Of a stretch of 64,000 bases of DNA, positions 1 to 13,321 are shown piece by piece. This DNA is from Haliotis rufescens. Taxonomy: Eukaryota. The stretch lies in NCBI RefSeq assembly GCF_023055435.1, contig NW_025963846.1, positions 28,954,001 to 29,018,000 of the forward strand, in the 5' to 3' direction. Position 1 is the stretch's first letter; each line of letters starts with the position of its first letter. The notes below the pieces were generated by a model that saw nothing but the letters and a program-made list of their open reading frames with translations, was not told the DNA's origin and did no database searches. The translations under genes and the position numbers were made by a program.

Positions 1-5
1 CATTT

Positions 6-208
6 AATCACAAGCTGTCAATATACAATACATTATAATACATCAAGATGGCAGTTTGCATGTAAAGATTAAGTATTTCTAAGCAACTTAAAGATATGCA
101 CAATATCTAGATATATGTATCTTTAATTTGCTTAGAAATACTTAATCTTTACATGAAAACTGTCATCTTGATGTATTATTCTGTTTTGTATATTGACAGC
201 TGGCGATT
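6..208. repeat. ~200-bp near-perfect palindrome (foldback/MITE-like)
   Basis: Left arm aatcacaagctgtcaatatacaa...catgtaaagattaagtatttctaagcaa is the reverse complement of ttgcttagaaatacttaatctttacatg...ttgtatattgacagctggcgatt. Centre is atatctagatat (103-114). Confidence 0.85.
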
Positions 209-667
209 GATTACGAGGTTATACTGTATCATTTTTACTGTTTTGATATTTTTCAATATGTTGTGGTCATCAGTTATGCAAATCAGTTTCGGTGTGTCTT
301 TTTAACAAGGTGTTTTTCATTAAGATTCACCGCCAGCCCGATTGTAACAATTACATTTGCACTTTGCTTTGAAGATGCCGGTTGATGTTGTTCAATACAG
401 GCTGGTGGTGGGTGTTTTAGAATTTATTCTACATGCTAATCATTTCGGGAAGATGATACACATTTCTCTGTATTTTGGGTTACTTTGCTTATAAAATTTC
501 CGATTATCATTCTTAGTTTTACTTTTTCTCTTTTGCTGCGATAAAATAGTCCGAATCCAGGACCTTTGCATAGTCCAGATTTAACGAGTATGCATCTAAA
601 CGTACGCTGTCTTAAAGACACAGTAGATTTAACCACTGCTGCATTAGATAGTTATGATGTTGTATGT

Positions 668-885
668 TTAAAGCAAGGACTGGTCGGCTCGGAGTCAGTA
701 TACTGTGTATGAGTGGGGTATTCATTCAACTGCGGCATGGTATCTCAGTGAACTAGCATATAAGTCGGCATCAGTCCGGACTAGTACAAGCAGCCACACA
801 CACGCACACGCGTGCATGCACGTCGCTATATAAGTGCAATAATCTTGGACGCGACGTTAAACCCCATTTCACCTCACCTCACCTA
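668..885 (+). mobile_element. SINE family 2, 3' portion with (CACCT)n tail
   Basis: Reverse complement of the 3' half of the full copies at 7480-7835 and 15930-16281. Confidence 0.8.
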
Positions 886-1499
886 CACCGATACCATTTT
901 CAAATCGTAGCCTGTATTAAGGAATATATTTTAGATCTTAAATCAGAGTATAACGGACAGCGTGAGCTGGAGGCGCGCGTGGATATGTTGACAGTTTTTA
1001 CGTGTTAAAACCGAATGTTTGCGAGGATTAATAAGATTTCTGAATTTCAGTTACAACAGTAACCGTACATGTATTTGTCACATTAAGTTAATTTTAATTC
1101 AAATTTGTTTGGTATGATTATGTCTTATAATTATTTTAGGATAGAAGGTACAGTTACCAAATAACATATGCTGAAATATCAATTCATTATGACCATATTT
1201 CATAATCTATATTTTAAAGTAACCCTCCTTACATTAAAGATAACTATTGAAAGAATATAGTACTTAAAGACATTGCAACAAACCGAATAATCAGGGGGGA
1301 GACTTTATACTGAGGGGGGCGCGAAATATATCCGCCCGGGGGAGATTTTATTTCACAACAGATTCTCCGTGGGAGAATCTGTACCGGTATAAAATCTCCG
1401 GGGGGAGAATTTGTACGGGGTAGTGTTTATACCGGGACACCGGTGTCAGTACAATTTTCGTAGTTAAAAATATGTATCTACAAAATATAATCTGAAGCA

Positions 1500-1930
1500 G
1501 CCAAGTAGTCTGTCTTACAGACCCTGATACAAATATATATCAAATACAGCCCATGCAAGTCTATAATGTTTGGCAAGTCTAGATCACTGCAGTATCAGCT
1601 TGCTCTCAAAATAGATTTCTGGACATTTGATACTTACTGCCCTCTAAACTGACCCCATGCTTCTACTGGGAGGGTTGTGTGTTTGGGGAGAGGTGGTGGG
1701 GGCAATAAAATTTCCTGTCACACACACTTTCAATGGCACGCCAGTGATGGGTGATAGGATCATTTACACGTGTCGTAAAATTCCAAGAAATTATAGCTCT
1801 GCAGATTTGTTTAGTCTCTGAAAATGAAGAGAGTCACTGGGCTCCTTTTTATTATATTTTTATTAAGATAACTGAACAACTGTTTTTTTATGTACGATAT
1901 GTTCATTTCAGAGACTAGATTTTAGTCTAG
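1500..1930 (+). repeat. Dispersed AT-rich repeat of unclassified family, with an internal insertion
   Basis: Segments match, in reverse complement, 4290-4440 and 16510-16690 plus 16958-16990. A partial copy lies at about 3590-3670. Confidence 0.55.
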
Positions 1931-2899
1931 CAGCCAAGAACAATATTTTTTATTAACGCTTACTTTCATTGATAGCATTGAGGCAATCTAGGCTTGACAA
2001 ATAGTTCTAGACTTGAGTTGGATTCCTTTTAAATTATTCTCTATGGACTGGGAGACGTACAAGAGCGACAGTATCGCATGGAGAACTGGAGGACTGGGTC
2101 AGTGTAATCGGATAAGGGCTGTTTCGGGTTTGGGCTGTTGGCTGAATAGAACAAGGGCTCACGAACATGGGCACAATGTAGAGATTAAACCATTAGCACC
2201 TCTGTTTATATAAGATATGTTATTGTGATTTGAAATCTCTTTTGAACAATTGCGAATTATTGTATACTCTGCATTCTTTCGTTATGATAGAATATATAGT
2301 TTCTACTTTTGCTTGTTGAATTATCCACAAATAATGAGAACTACAATGTAAACCTCTCTCTGGATATATACAATAATACTACTGAAGGGCATATCTGACT
2401 AATCGACTAATATTCTTTCTTAAATACTGTCCGTTACAGGAATTCTCATCATTATATTATACTTTGTACAGTATTAACGTCAAATAATGGCAAATTGTGT
2501 ATCTTTCTACAGTTTGAATTCATTATAATTTCTGCAATTAAACCTTAACATCAGATAGTGATATAAACGAATATGATCTATACTGTGATAAATGACTTAT
2601 TAATTTCGTATTATGAATTAAATAAACTGAAATATGATAGTAAAAACAAATTATTTTAATCTGTTCGTGTGAGAAGGTAACGAGAGATCTAGACAACTCA
2701 CTAACGTAACCATTATTAAAAAAAATCAAATATTCAAAGATTAGGGGTTTGAACATGTACATTGAATGACAGACAAGAAAGCAATGCAATAATTAAATTA
2801 TAAATCAAATTATGTTATAAATATAACAGAATATATAGAAAATATAAGTTTAATTTCTCATTGTTGGAAGGTGTTTAATAATAGTTTTTGTTTGAGTGT

Positions 2900-3101
2900 T
2901 TGTTGCTATATGACGGTGGTTCGTAAATAATCCAGTCTAGACCAGACAATCCAGTTATGATCATCAAGAGCACCGATCAACACAATTCGGATACGATGAC
3001 ATGCATCAACCAAGTCAGCGAGCCTGACCACCCGATGATGTGAGTCGCCTTTGCACAAGCAAGGGTTGTTGAAGACCTATTCTAACCCATATCTTCACGG
3101 G
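2900..3101 (-). mobile_element. SINE family 3, diverged copy
   Basis: accagacaatccag...catcaaccaagtcagcgagcctgaccacccgat core is shared with 14228-14460 and 24449-24685. Confidence 0.7.
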
Positions 3102-4289
3102 TATTTTTTAAAATAATATGTTGCAATGAAATTATGTACATGTCAATAATAAATATGTATAAGTAGATGGATAATATGTCCATACACGGCAATTAGGTGG
3201 GTTAGACTGCAAATGGTTCAATGATGGGTTCTGTTACAAGTCCATATTTCAAGACATGTATTTGATATTCATAGCAACTCCACAAAAGCTACACAAATGA
3301 GACAAAACGGTACCAGCACCACAGATACCAATAATACATTTTTTTTAACATGAGATACATATAATTACTTTAAAGTTAAAACTTGTATCTAAATAGAAAA
3401 TTAGAAGGATTAAGATGAAACACTTCTGACATTTTTCGTATTTTATTTTCGTTTGGAGAGAGAAGTAGTGACTTGAATCTGATGGGTGTAAACAGCTTTT
3501 TTCTTCCGCCCAGGCCTCACTGCAATGCTATAGCCCCAAATGAAACAAGCCTAGATGTTCAACAGGTTCAGGCTGAAATGTCCATCCCACTGGGGCTCCT
3601 TTAAATTTAAATATAGTTTCTCGTTTTAATCAAAGTAATATATTTTCAGAGACTGAGCGTTAGTCTAGCCGTAAGGTACAAATATCCAAAAGATCCCATG
3701 CGTGTCTATATATCTTCAGACAGACTCTCCATGTTCCTATCGATATGTGTCAAAATACAAATAAATTAAATATTACAGCAATGGTGAATAGGTTACTAGT
3801 ATATGCGCATGTCAGCGTCGATCCTACAATATCCTTTTGCGCAAAATACATATATACTGATGAATTAACATTCGTGCTTTAAGCTCTTTTTCTACAGGAT
3901 ATTATGGGGTGTTACATCATACCAGAAAGCCAGTTCCAAATTCAAGTCATAATTTCATGATCCGTCTTGTATGTTGGAAACCAATATCGCAATATGGCTG
4001 AATATTGCTAAACGTGGTATTAACCCGATTACTCACATTATTATTCCATTTTCTTCATGCACGTTCTACAATCATCTACGAACACTATCTATAAGGAGGT
4101 ATATCTATATTCATCCAAATGTTCATACATATATGTCTAGACATATCTGTATAAAGCAAGTCGTCCTGCACTCTTCCTTAAAAGGTAGATGCTAAGCATT
4201 TCCTCTGTATGTATTTATATATGTAAATATCGTTTTAATGTCAACTCTGATGTAGTGAACGTACCACATACCTGGTGCTAGAATAGCAT

Positions 4290-4440
4290 CTAATCTCTGA
4301 AAGGAACATATTTGACAGAAAAAAACAGTTATAAAAGAATAGTTATAAAATATAATAAAAAGGAGCCGAGAGACCTTCTTCATTTTGCCAAATATTGGGC
4401 TGTATTGGACATATTTGTTTCGGGGTCTGTATGACAGACA
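4290..4440 (-). repeat. Dispersed AT-rich repeat, same family as 1500-1930, opposite orientation
   Basis: aaaatataataaaaaggagccgagagaccttcttcatttt...gggctgtattg...gtatgacagac matches 16570-16690 and 16960-16990. Confidence 0.55.
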
Positions 4441-6141
4441 GCACTGATGCTTTTAAGTATAAAGATAAGCAAGTACAGCTGTTGTATATATTCAAATATG
4501 TTGGTGATAACCCAACCTTGAAACATATTGAAAGATGAGTGGTAACTATTTATGTCCTTATTTCAAATTATGATGATAACACATCAGGAAAGCATGGCAC
4601 TTTAATATACGTATCTTGTTAACCCAACAGGTTTTTTTAAGTAAGCGCAGCATGTATATCGAGAGTATAGGTTTGGTGCGTGACTTATCACTCATTACTT
4701 TCAGAAAGTGTGCATATTCTGTTTATCGGCAATAAATGACATAAGACGATTCATACGGGTAAATACGATTTACTTCAGAACTAGGATATATTACTTAAGG
4801 TTAGGGGAAAATGTAAAAACTATGTTATTAACACAACTGTGGGCGGTTTTAAAGGATTAGGGTCCTTGCTTGGGCTTTGTGTTGGACGTGTAGACGACAT
4901 TTCAAGGTTTGACGTATCAATGACCAAAATGATGTCTGATGCAATTCTCTGCCTTTTCAGGTGAACAATTTGCTTGCCTTTGCGGGTGCCACTTGTGGAG
5001 CGGATTGAGCTCGCGTTTTTGCGAGCACCCAGTGTCATCATTTTTATGGTGAATCATGAAACATGCTCCTGGTCTTGTCGTAATCGTGCAGTTGGCGCTA
5101 CTTTTGGCAAGGGTTTCTTATGGTAATGGAAATGCTTATGTCGCTTTTGTTGACTGATAAACATGAAAAGATATAATGCTAGTGTATATGGTCATGTAAT
5201 TAAGACACAAACGACGAGTAGGAGTTGTTTATTGTACCATAAACAACGACCACGACTCGTTATTTCTATATGAGATATCCACATTATTTACAGCCTCTTT
5301 TAAGGGTGTTAAATTAGGAAAAAGTACACGTTTTAAAATATTTATCCTACAGTGAAGTAGTCCTCCACACTTTACATTCAGTGAAGAAGCCCATGAACAT
5401 ATTAACTATGTAACATACATTAATGGAAATTAGATGAACAGTTGAAGTTAGCAAATGATATTTTTCGGTCGAACGTCTATCAGCCAATACTACATTATTG
5501 AATTGTGACTCCACAGTGATTTTGCAAGGCTACCTTCATAAATGTCATGACGCATTTTAGGCCAGGGTTCTATACTCGCATTAATGTGCTGTCTTATGAT
5601 TGCATTAATTTCATGATTTACAGTATATATGAAGAACATTTCACGTGGGACCAACAGAGGGACTTATGAATATCGACTTGCTAATTATTTTTTTATATTC
5701 ATGCTAGCTCAAACGATCCATTGGTTTGATTTATTTTTATGGTATCCACAAAATAAGTAGGATCCGATTTTTTTCCGTTTTTGTTGAAATAAAACTGAAT
5801 TATATTTGCTGTTGCCAAATTGTTACAAAATGTTTGGCCACAGCAAGGCTACGTATTCACAACATTTGTGGTGGGCACAGTATAGCTGGACTGAAGGAGG
5901 GCCGTATTCCTCCTTGTGGGTGACCTGCTTGGCAATATGGGATGGGAAAACTGCAGGGGCTGAGGGCAGTCAAGTTGATGGTGCAGACAGATAAGAGAGA
6001 TCATTTTACAAATGTGAAACCTCATTCCACAAAGGAATAGGCGAAAGCTGAAACTTGGTGAGATTTACAGAAGAAAGGCAGTTAGTTCTAGTTTCTTACT
6101 GATACTCGATGATACATTTAATCACGGACTTGTCCATGATT

Positions 6142-6323
6142 NNNNNNNNNNNNNNNNNNNNNNNNNNNNNNNNNNNNNNNNNNNNNNNNNNNNNNNNNNN
6201 NNNNNNNNNNNNNNNNNNNNNNNNNNNNNNNNNNNNNNNNNNNNNNNNNNNNNNNNNNNNNNNNNNNNNNNNNNNNNNNNNNNNNNNNNNNNNNNNNNNN
6301 NNNNNNNNNNNNNNNNNNNNNNN
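6142..6323. other. Assembly gap (182 N)
   Basis: Run of N. Confidence 1.
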
Positions 6324-6648
6324 TGTTAACTATAAGAAGAAGTGTGTGTGTGAAGAAGAAGAAGAAGTAGAAGAATTGTACAGCATAAAAATGACTACGT
6401 AGTTCGAATAGATATGTAGAATGCCCGGTCAGTATGACCTTTGAGACACTACATATTCAGTCATTAAAATCCGTAACACATTTTTTTGAGTAAAAGAAAA
6501 CACTACAAGTGAGTGAAACAAAAGACATCAGAACAGGCACACCATGTCCCCCAACCCCAAGTCTGCATGTATCAATACTCATACCTGCCACATCCTCACC
6601 CACTTAACTTACTCACACAATCATCTCACAACATGTTCGCCAACAACA

Positions 6649-6649
6649 A

Positions 6650-6704
<55 letters not shown>
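6649..6704. repeat. (GCAC)n(AC)n microsatellite
   Basis: Seen directly. Confidence 0.95.
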
Positions 6705-6705
<1 letters not shown>

Positions 6706-7479
6706 TCGCATTGTTCTTTCCCCACCATTATGTCTACGTTAGCCATTATGGATCCATGCGCATGCTTACATACGTAATCCATCCTCCCACCATTCCCCAA
6801 CATCCATCGAACAATAACTATATCCGCCGTCATGTATCGGTATTCGTGCTTACATACATTCACCCTCCTACCATTCCCCTATATACATCGCCCTATAACT
6901 ATGACTATAACCGCCTTCGTGCATCCGCACTTATGTTTACATTGCATGCATCAAATAACACGTTTCAAATATTTTACAATATGTACATATTATATATCAG
7001 CAAACAGAGATTATCATAACGCAAAAGATTTCATTCGTCAAAACATCACAGAAAGAAGGGCAGCCTGGAATTTTCCAATGGCATCTGAATGCACTAAGAA
7101 GTTCAACTGGTCAGGAGGTGAGAGTTGCGGAAGATTACGATAAACATACAGATCTCCATTTCGAATATCTAAAGTGTGAATAAAGATCACAGCTTGCTAT
7201 AACGTGTACTGCATTCCTGCAGATTTAGCAATGTCATCAGCTATAAAATTTATGTCTAAATACTCAAGTAGACAAAGACCCAAATGTTTATAGGCATGAC
7301 CATATTATATTCTAAGCAAATATCTCCACATTTAAAAAACAAAGCTAGATTGAGTCTTTGAAGGGCATTAAGAAGTGATACACATAAGGAAAAAAATATG
7401 AATGTCAACGTCTTTATTATGAGGAACACAACGTTTCGGTGTATATACTCACCCCTTCATCGGGTGAATAAATGCTATG

Positions 7480-7835
7480 GTGAGGTGAGGTACAATTGGG
7501 TTTAACGTCGCGTCCAAGATTATTGCACTTATATAGCGACGTGCATGCACGTGTATGTGTGTGTGTGGCTGCTTGTACTAGTCCGGACTGATGCCGATTT
7601 ATAGTGCTAGCTCACTGAGATACCATGCCGCAGTTTAACATGAATACCCCACTCAGACACAGTATACTGACTCCGAGCCGACCAGTCCTTGTTTTAGCCC
7701 CTTAATGCCGAGCGCCAGACAGGGTAACAACAAGTACAATCTTTTAACGTCTTTTTGTATGACGCGGCCCGGGATCGAACCCTGGACCTTCCGCTCTCCG
7801 GGCGGACGCTCTACCACAAGACCATGGAGGCGGTC
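7480..7835 (-). mobile_element. Full-length tRNA-derived SINE, family 2
   Basis: Minus-strand head GACCGCCTCCATGGTCTTGTGGTAGAGCG (A-box-like) and GGTTCGATCCC (B box), CACCT tail, 15-bp TSD tgaataaat(g/a)ctatg at 7465-7479 and 7836-7850. Confidence 0.9.
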
Positions 7836-8369
7836 TGAATAAATACTATGAGGCAGAGAACATATACATGTATCTGTAAGAACAACAAAAGTAAAAAGAT
7901 AGCAAAGAAGGAAACGTAACAAGGGAAGCCAACAGATAATTAGCGCTGATTACCCCGGCCTCCCGTTTGCCCATTTTCCATTGCCCATTACCGATCATTC
8001 ATAAGTTAGGTTTTGGCTTTAATTTGTCCACCAACGTCCATTATCTCAACCTTAAATATTACGAGAATATGTAGTTTAGTGAGAATGGATTAGATCGCTG
8101 ACTTGTTTCCTGGCGATTGGGTGCCTCACTCACAGTGTGGGCTCAAACCCCGGACGGGAGTCAACCCAAAAAAGTACGAGAATCTGTACTTTACTAAAAA
8201 AGTGTTATCCCAATTATGACATTTGTCGTCAAGAAAGCACAATAAATATATTCGGCTTTGGATGGGTAATAATATCACGGACATTTACGGATATTGATGA
8301 CAACTTGGTAACGACTTCGTAACGCACGTCTTTTCATTTCAGGGATTGGTAAATCAAAATTCATCTTGG

Positions 8370-8911
8370 GCGGGATAGTAGTTCGAGTTGGATAAGCATG
8401 TTAACTATGATCTTCTTAATGTAAAGAATGCCGCGCATGAATGTATTAATGAGATTCCCAGGTACATGCATGGGGCCTTTTCGTCCCAAGGAATACGCAC
8501 AGTGGAGATTTAAATGGGGATATGGTGTACATAATGTCATCAAACCAGACAACGTTGGTCCTGATTGTGGCGTAAGACACACTTATTCATTTACTTGTAT
8601 CGGAAATTGAATGTTCATCTCAATTGTTATTCATGAACACGTTATATATTTTTAAAGAAATAAAACAGTGCCATAATACCTACAACTTTATTGACTTTAT
8701 TGGGTAATCAAAAAAGAGATCGCGACGTAAAATAGCCCAAATATCATACGATTTCACTTGTCCACCATCTTGGGGGCAAGGCGAAAACATTTCAGGGCGT
8801 TTGAAGCCACTGCGAATGCCCCATGCAGAGTTGGACGAACATTCTGCGGTAACGCGGTTGTGTTGACCAGAGGCTATCAGCAGTATTTCCTGTCCAGGTT
8901 ATTTAGGCCCG

Positions 8912-8995
<84 letters not shown>

Positions 8996-9505
8996 GATTT
9001 TTGAGCGGCATGATAGTTCGACTTGGATAAGCATGTTAACTATATAATCTTCTAGAGGTAGAGAATGCCGTGCATGAATGTTTTAATGAGATTCCTAGGT
9101 ACATTATGCCTTTTTGTCACCAGGAATACGCACAGTGGAAACTTAAATGGGGATAGGGTGTACACAATGTGCTACCTGGTAGATTGTGTGTCATCAAACC
9201 AGACAACGTTGGTCTTTGACTAATTGTAGCGTTAAACACACTTATTCATTTACTGGTATCGGAAATTGAATGTTGAAGTGACTTTATTGAGTAATCAAAA
9301 AAGAGACAGCGACCTATAATAGCCAAATTTCATACGATTTCACTTGTCCACCATCTTGGATGCAAGGCGAAAACATTTCAGTGTGTTTGAATGCCCCATG
9401 CAGAGTTGGACGAACATTCTGCGGTAGCGCGGCTGTGTGACCAGAGGCTATCAGCAGTATTTCCTGTCCAGGTTATTTAGGTGTGTTGGGGGGGGGGGGG
9501 GGGGG
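8370..9505. repeat. Local direct duplication (~630-bp period) with (GT)~40 at 8913-8992 and poly-G at 9488-9505
   Basis: gatagt..ttcga.ttggataagcatgttaact through cagcagtatttcctgtccaggttatttagg occurs twice (about 8375-8907 and 9012-9481). Confidence 0.9.
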
Positions 9506-9994
9506 AAGAATATGCCTTAGTGTGAATAGGCATCACCAGTTTGGAATTGTACGATTCCGAACTTTCACGAGACTGTGTTTATGAATCATTGTCAAATAGG
9601 GGTGACATGAAATCTCGGAAACAATACGCGAAAACGCGCATGCACAGAACGGAAAATTTGGACAAGGCATTAAGTAATCCGCATGCGCAGTACGATTGAT
9701 TTCAATACTTCCGCTAAGCGCTTCGAGTGCAGCGTCAAACGCGGGCCTGTAATCTAACACGCGAGAACTGACCAATGAAATCTGAGAAGTAGAAATACCG
9801 GTAGACGCTGTTGCTTGATTGACAATGTAAATCAAGAAAGGGAGGAGCTTGATGATATCGTTCTCTCCTAGTAAATTCCGATGTCAAATAACGACGTTAT
9901 TTGGACGGAAATACGATGGTTTGAAAACGTCCAAATAACGTCGTTTTTCCGTCCAATGACCATATACGGAAATAAACGACGTTTTCGTGTTTGC

Positions 9995-10805
9995 AGTGAT
10001 ATGTTCTAAGTTTGTTACCGTTTATAAGCCCTCGATCGTTCCACAGCTGACGTTGCCAGTCGTGGTAATCATTTGATATAAGCCAAGTCTTTATGTAGTC
10101 CATGTCAGGGGGTGTTAAATTAAATATATCCAAAATAGGTAGTTGCCACGACTTGATAAGTGTAAAAACCTTATTAGTCCATGATTTACGATAATTACGT
10201 GACCATAGATGGACTTTACTACTCACTCGAATGTTGTCACAGTTTTGTAGACGATACCATAGTTGTAAAATTTCCAACTTTTGCTTGGTATAAGGCGAAG
10301 TCCAGCCCATATCCCCTCGAACTGACAAGTTTGGTGACTTACAGCCCACTCCGAGAAAGAATCTACATGCTCGGTTTTGTACAGCATTGATACAACTGAA
10401 CTGACGTGTGCCCCACACAGCAGCTCCGTATGAGAGAATCGGTTGCACAAGGTTTTAATATAACTTTTTAAATACATCGTAAGCCGTTCCTCCACTGGCT
10501 TTGAATTTACACACAATCACACCTAGAGCACGATGAGCTGACTTGGCTATTTCCTTGGCTGTGAAATTAAGATCTAGGTGTTCATGAAACCAAACAGCAA
10601 GATATTTATATGCATGAGTATAACACACTTCATTTTCACCAATAGTGAAAGTAACACTTGATATACTGGAACCTCTAGACCGGAAATGGACAACTTGTGT
10701 TTTCTTCAAATTAACAGACATACGCCATTTACACCAGGTTTTTACACAATTTAACATCTTCTGTAGACAACTTTCGTCGGGTGCAATTAAGGCAATGTCG
10801 TACAT
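9995..10805 (-). mobile_element. Non-LTR retrotransposon RT C-terminal fragment, frameshifted
   Basis: ORFs 10455-10871 and 9897-10448 give DIALIA, SVNLKKTQVVHF, YKYLAVWF, PILSYGAAVWG and AVQNRACRFFLG, which are typical late-RT/thumb motifs. Confidence 0.85.
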
Positions 10806-11604
10806 ACATATACATGACACACGAATATTTTCTAAGTTGATCATCATTTTACCTGTAAATGTACATTTCAAGGGTAATCACAGTGTCAGTTAGGACAGGC
10901 TAGATTAGGGCAAGTTGCGTTATTTTGATATATGCTCTTTTTATAGTCCTATGACTCGTATTTATTAAATTAAGCCAGAAAAGCAGTTTTCTAGCATTTT
11001 CGACAGTACTTTTAGTTGCTCTTCAGCATCCTGTTCCCCAAGCTATCAATTGTCTGAATTTTGGTTTACGTGGCACAATTCACAGACAGTGTGGTCAACT
11101 GATCTCCTATTCACGATGTTGGTGGCTGCCTTCGTCAAGCTGACTTGTGCTGTAGACTCAGGATGGAAGGATATCGTCCGCAGCTGGCTCCCTACATACC
11201 ACATACACAGTGTCACTTCATATTGGAGTAATGGTCGTGTCCCAGAAATGCTTCATCCATTGTAATATTTAGGAAGAATAATCCAGTGAACTTTGAAACA
11301 ATGGCGACAAGTTAGAAGGATATAATTTCAGTCTTATTTCTCAAACCATTGAACATCGAGTTCACTGCCCTGTTCACTTTAGTGAAACTAAAGTGCGTCT
11401 ATTTAAATGCGATGAAACTGTTTTACTAGATGCACAGTAGGAGCAAACATCCAATGTATACCATTGTATGTATGACAAGATTCGTTAAAGTGTTCTCATG
11501 CATAAACATTATTTGGACAACTGTAGTCTAGGCTAATGTAGGTGATAATGTGCACTACTGTCGAATTCAAGTAATTTCCTCAATGATCTACTGCTAAAGG
11601 TGTA

Positions 11605-11666
11605 TCGCTATATAAGTGCAATGATCTTGGACGCGACGTTAAACCCCATTTCACCCCATTTCACCA
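11605..11666 (+). mobile_element. SINE family 2 3'-end fragment abutting the pseudogene stop codon
   Basis: tcgctatataagtgcaatgatcttggacgcgacgttaaaccccatttcacc matches 822-873. Confidence 0.75.
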
Positions 11667-11668
11667 CG

Positions 11669-13321
11669 CTAAATGAATGAAGGTTTAAATGCGTCCAAAA
11701 ACATGTTTAGGAACTTTGTAATTATACCTGTATACAGCTTTAAACGAACATTCTCTGCTGTTGGGCGTCTGGATATCTCTCTCTGTAAGGCTGCCTTGAT
11801 GCAGTCTCCAAGGCGCCGGTCAGCGACACCAGGGAGTTCTATTTCCCCTCTCACTTCGGCCAGACGGCGTCCAGTGTAGTAGGCAACTAGTTTGTTGTGG
11901 TCAAATTCCTGACGCAATAAAGCATAGGCGACAGCTCCAAGAGAGAAAATATCACTTTTCTTGTCCACAGCCTCTTCAGGGGGTGAAAAAAAAGTGTTTC
12001 TTGTCCCATCGTCCCCGTCACGCTCTCTGTCAAGCTCTCCGTCACGCTCTCCGTCACGCTCTCCGTCGCGCTCTCCGTCACGCTCCCCGCCATGCTGCCG
12101 TCACGCTCTCCGTCACGCTCTCCGTCACGCTCTCCGTCGCGCTCTCCGTCACGCTCTCCGTCACACTCTCCGTCACGCTCTCCGTCACGCTCCTCGCCAT
12201 GCTGCCGTCACGCTCTCCGCCATGCTCTCCGTCACGCTCCCCGCCATGCTCTCCGTCACGCTCCCCGCCATGCTCTCCGTCACGCTCCCCGCCATGCTCT
12301 CCGTCACGCTCTCCGTCGAGCTCTCCGCCATGCTGCCGTCACGCTCTCCGTCACGCTCTCCGTCACGCTCTCCGTCGCGCTCTCCGTCACGCTCTCCGTC
12401 ACGCTCCTCGCCATGCTGCCGTCACGCTCTCCGCCATGCTCTCCGTCACGCTCCTCGCCATGCTGCCGTCACGCTCTCCGCCATGCTCTCCGTCACGCTC
12501 CCCGCCATGCTCTCCGTCACGCTCCCCGCCATGCTCTCCGTCACGCTCTCCGTCGAGCTCTCCGTCACGCTCCCCGCCATGCGCTCCGTCGCGCTCTCCG
12601 TCACGCTCCCCGCCATGCTCTCCGTCACGCTCCCCGCCATGCTCTCCGTCACGCTCTCCGTCGAGCTCTCCGTCACGCTCCCCGTCACGCTCTCCGTCAC
12701 GCTCTCCGTCACGCTCCCCGCCATGCTCTCCGTCACGCTCCCCGCCATGCTCTCCGTCACGCTCCCCGCCATGCTCTCCGTCACGCTCTCCGTCGAGCTC
12801 TCCGTCACGCTCCCCGCCATGCTCTCCGTCACGCTCTCCGTCACGCTCTCCGTCGCGCTCTCCGTCACGCTCTCCGTCACGCTCTCCTCCATGCTCTCCG
12901 TCACGCTCCCCGCCATGCTCTCCGTCACGCTCCCCGCCATGCTCTCCGTCACGCTCTCCGTCACGCTCTCCGTCGCGCTCTCCGTCACGCTCTCCGTCAC
13001 GCTCCCCGCCATGCTCTCCGTCACGCTCTCCGTCACGCTCTCCGTCGCGCTCTCCGTCGCGCTCTCCGTCACGCTCCCCGCCATGCTCTCCGTCACGCTC
13101 TCCGTCACGTTCCCCGAACTGCCCCCCGTCACGCTCCCCGAACTGCCCCCCGTCATGTTGCCCATCTTCCCTGACATGTTCCTGGGTCAGGCGACGAGCT
13201 GCCGATCCAAATCCTCCTATTTGAAAACTCGGTCCAAAGTACCGTGTCAATAGGATGTTTTCTGGCTGTATATTTCCGTGTATGATACCAATGTTATGAA
13301 GAAACTGTAAACCACTGGCAA
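11669..13321 (-). pseudogene. Type A pseudokinase pseudogene (K0): N-lobe and promoter deleted, activation-segment repeat expanded and frameshifted
   Basis: ASGLQFLHNIGIIHGNIQPENIL...IGGFGSAARR (ORF 12399-13463) and DKKSDIFSLG...RRPTAE (ORF 11669-11968) lie in different frames. The 5' end is fused to a LINE fragment at 13321. Confidence 0.9.
12010..13155. repeat. 12-bp coding minisatellite (ccgtcacgctct and variants), ~95 units
   Basis: Seen directly. Encodes ERDG/EHGG on the minus strand and contains five 11-nt variants (ccatgctgccg). Confidence 0.95.

Noticed and set aside
1290-1446. GGGGGAGA-rich reiterated motif ending acaccgg, resembling a DNA-transposon terminus
   Set aside because: No partner end or TSD could be identified with confidence.
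4820-5120. GC-richer island with a 73-aa minus-strand ORF as a possible exon
   Set aside because: No recognisable motif or supportable splice structure.
11961-13253. Plus-strand SPSR-, RHAL- and SVTL-repeat ORFs (up to 430 aa), and similar ones at 21081-21562
   Set aside because: These are antisense and alternative frames of the stop-free 12-bp repeat inside the kinase gene. There is no independent coding evidence.
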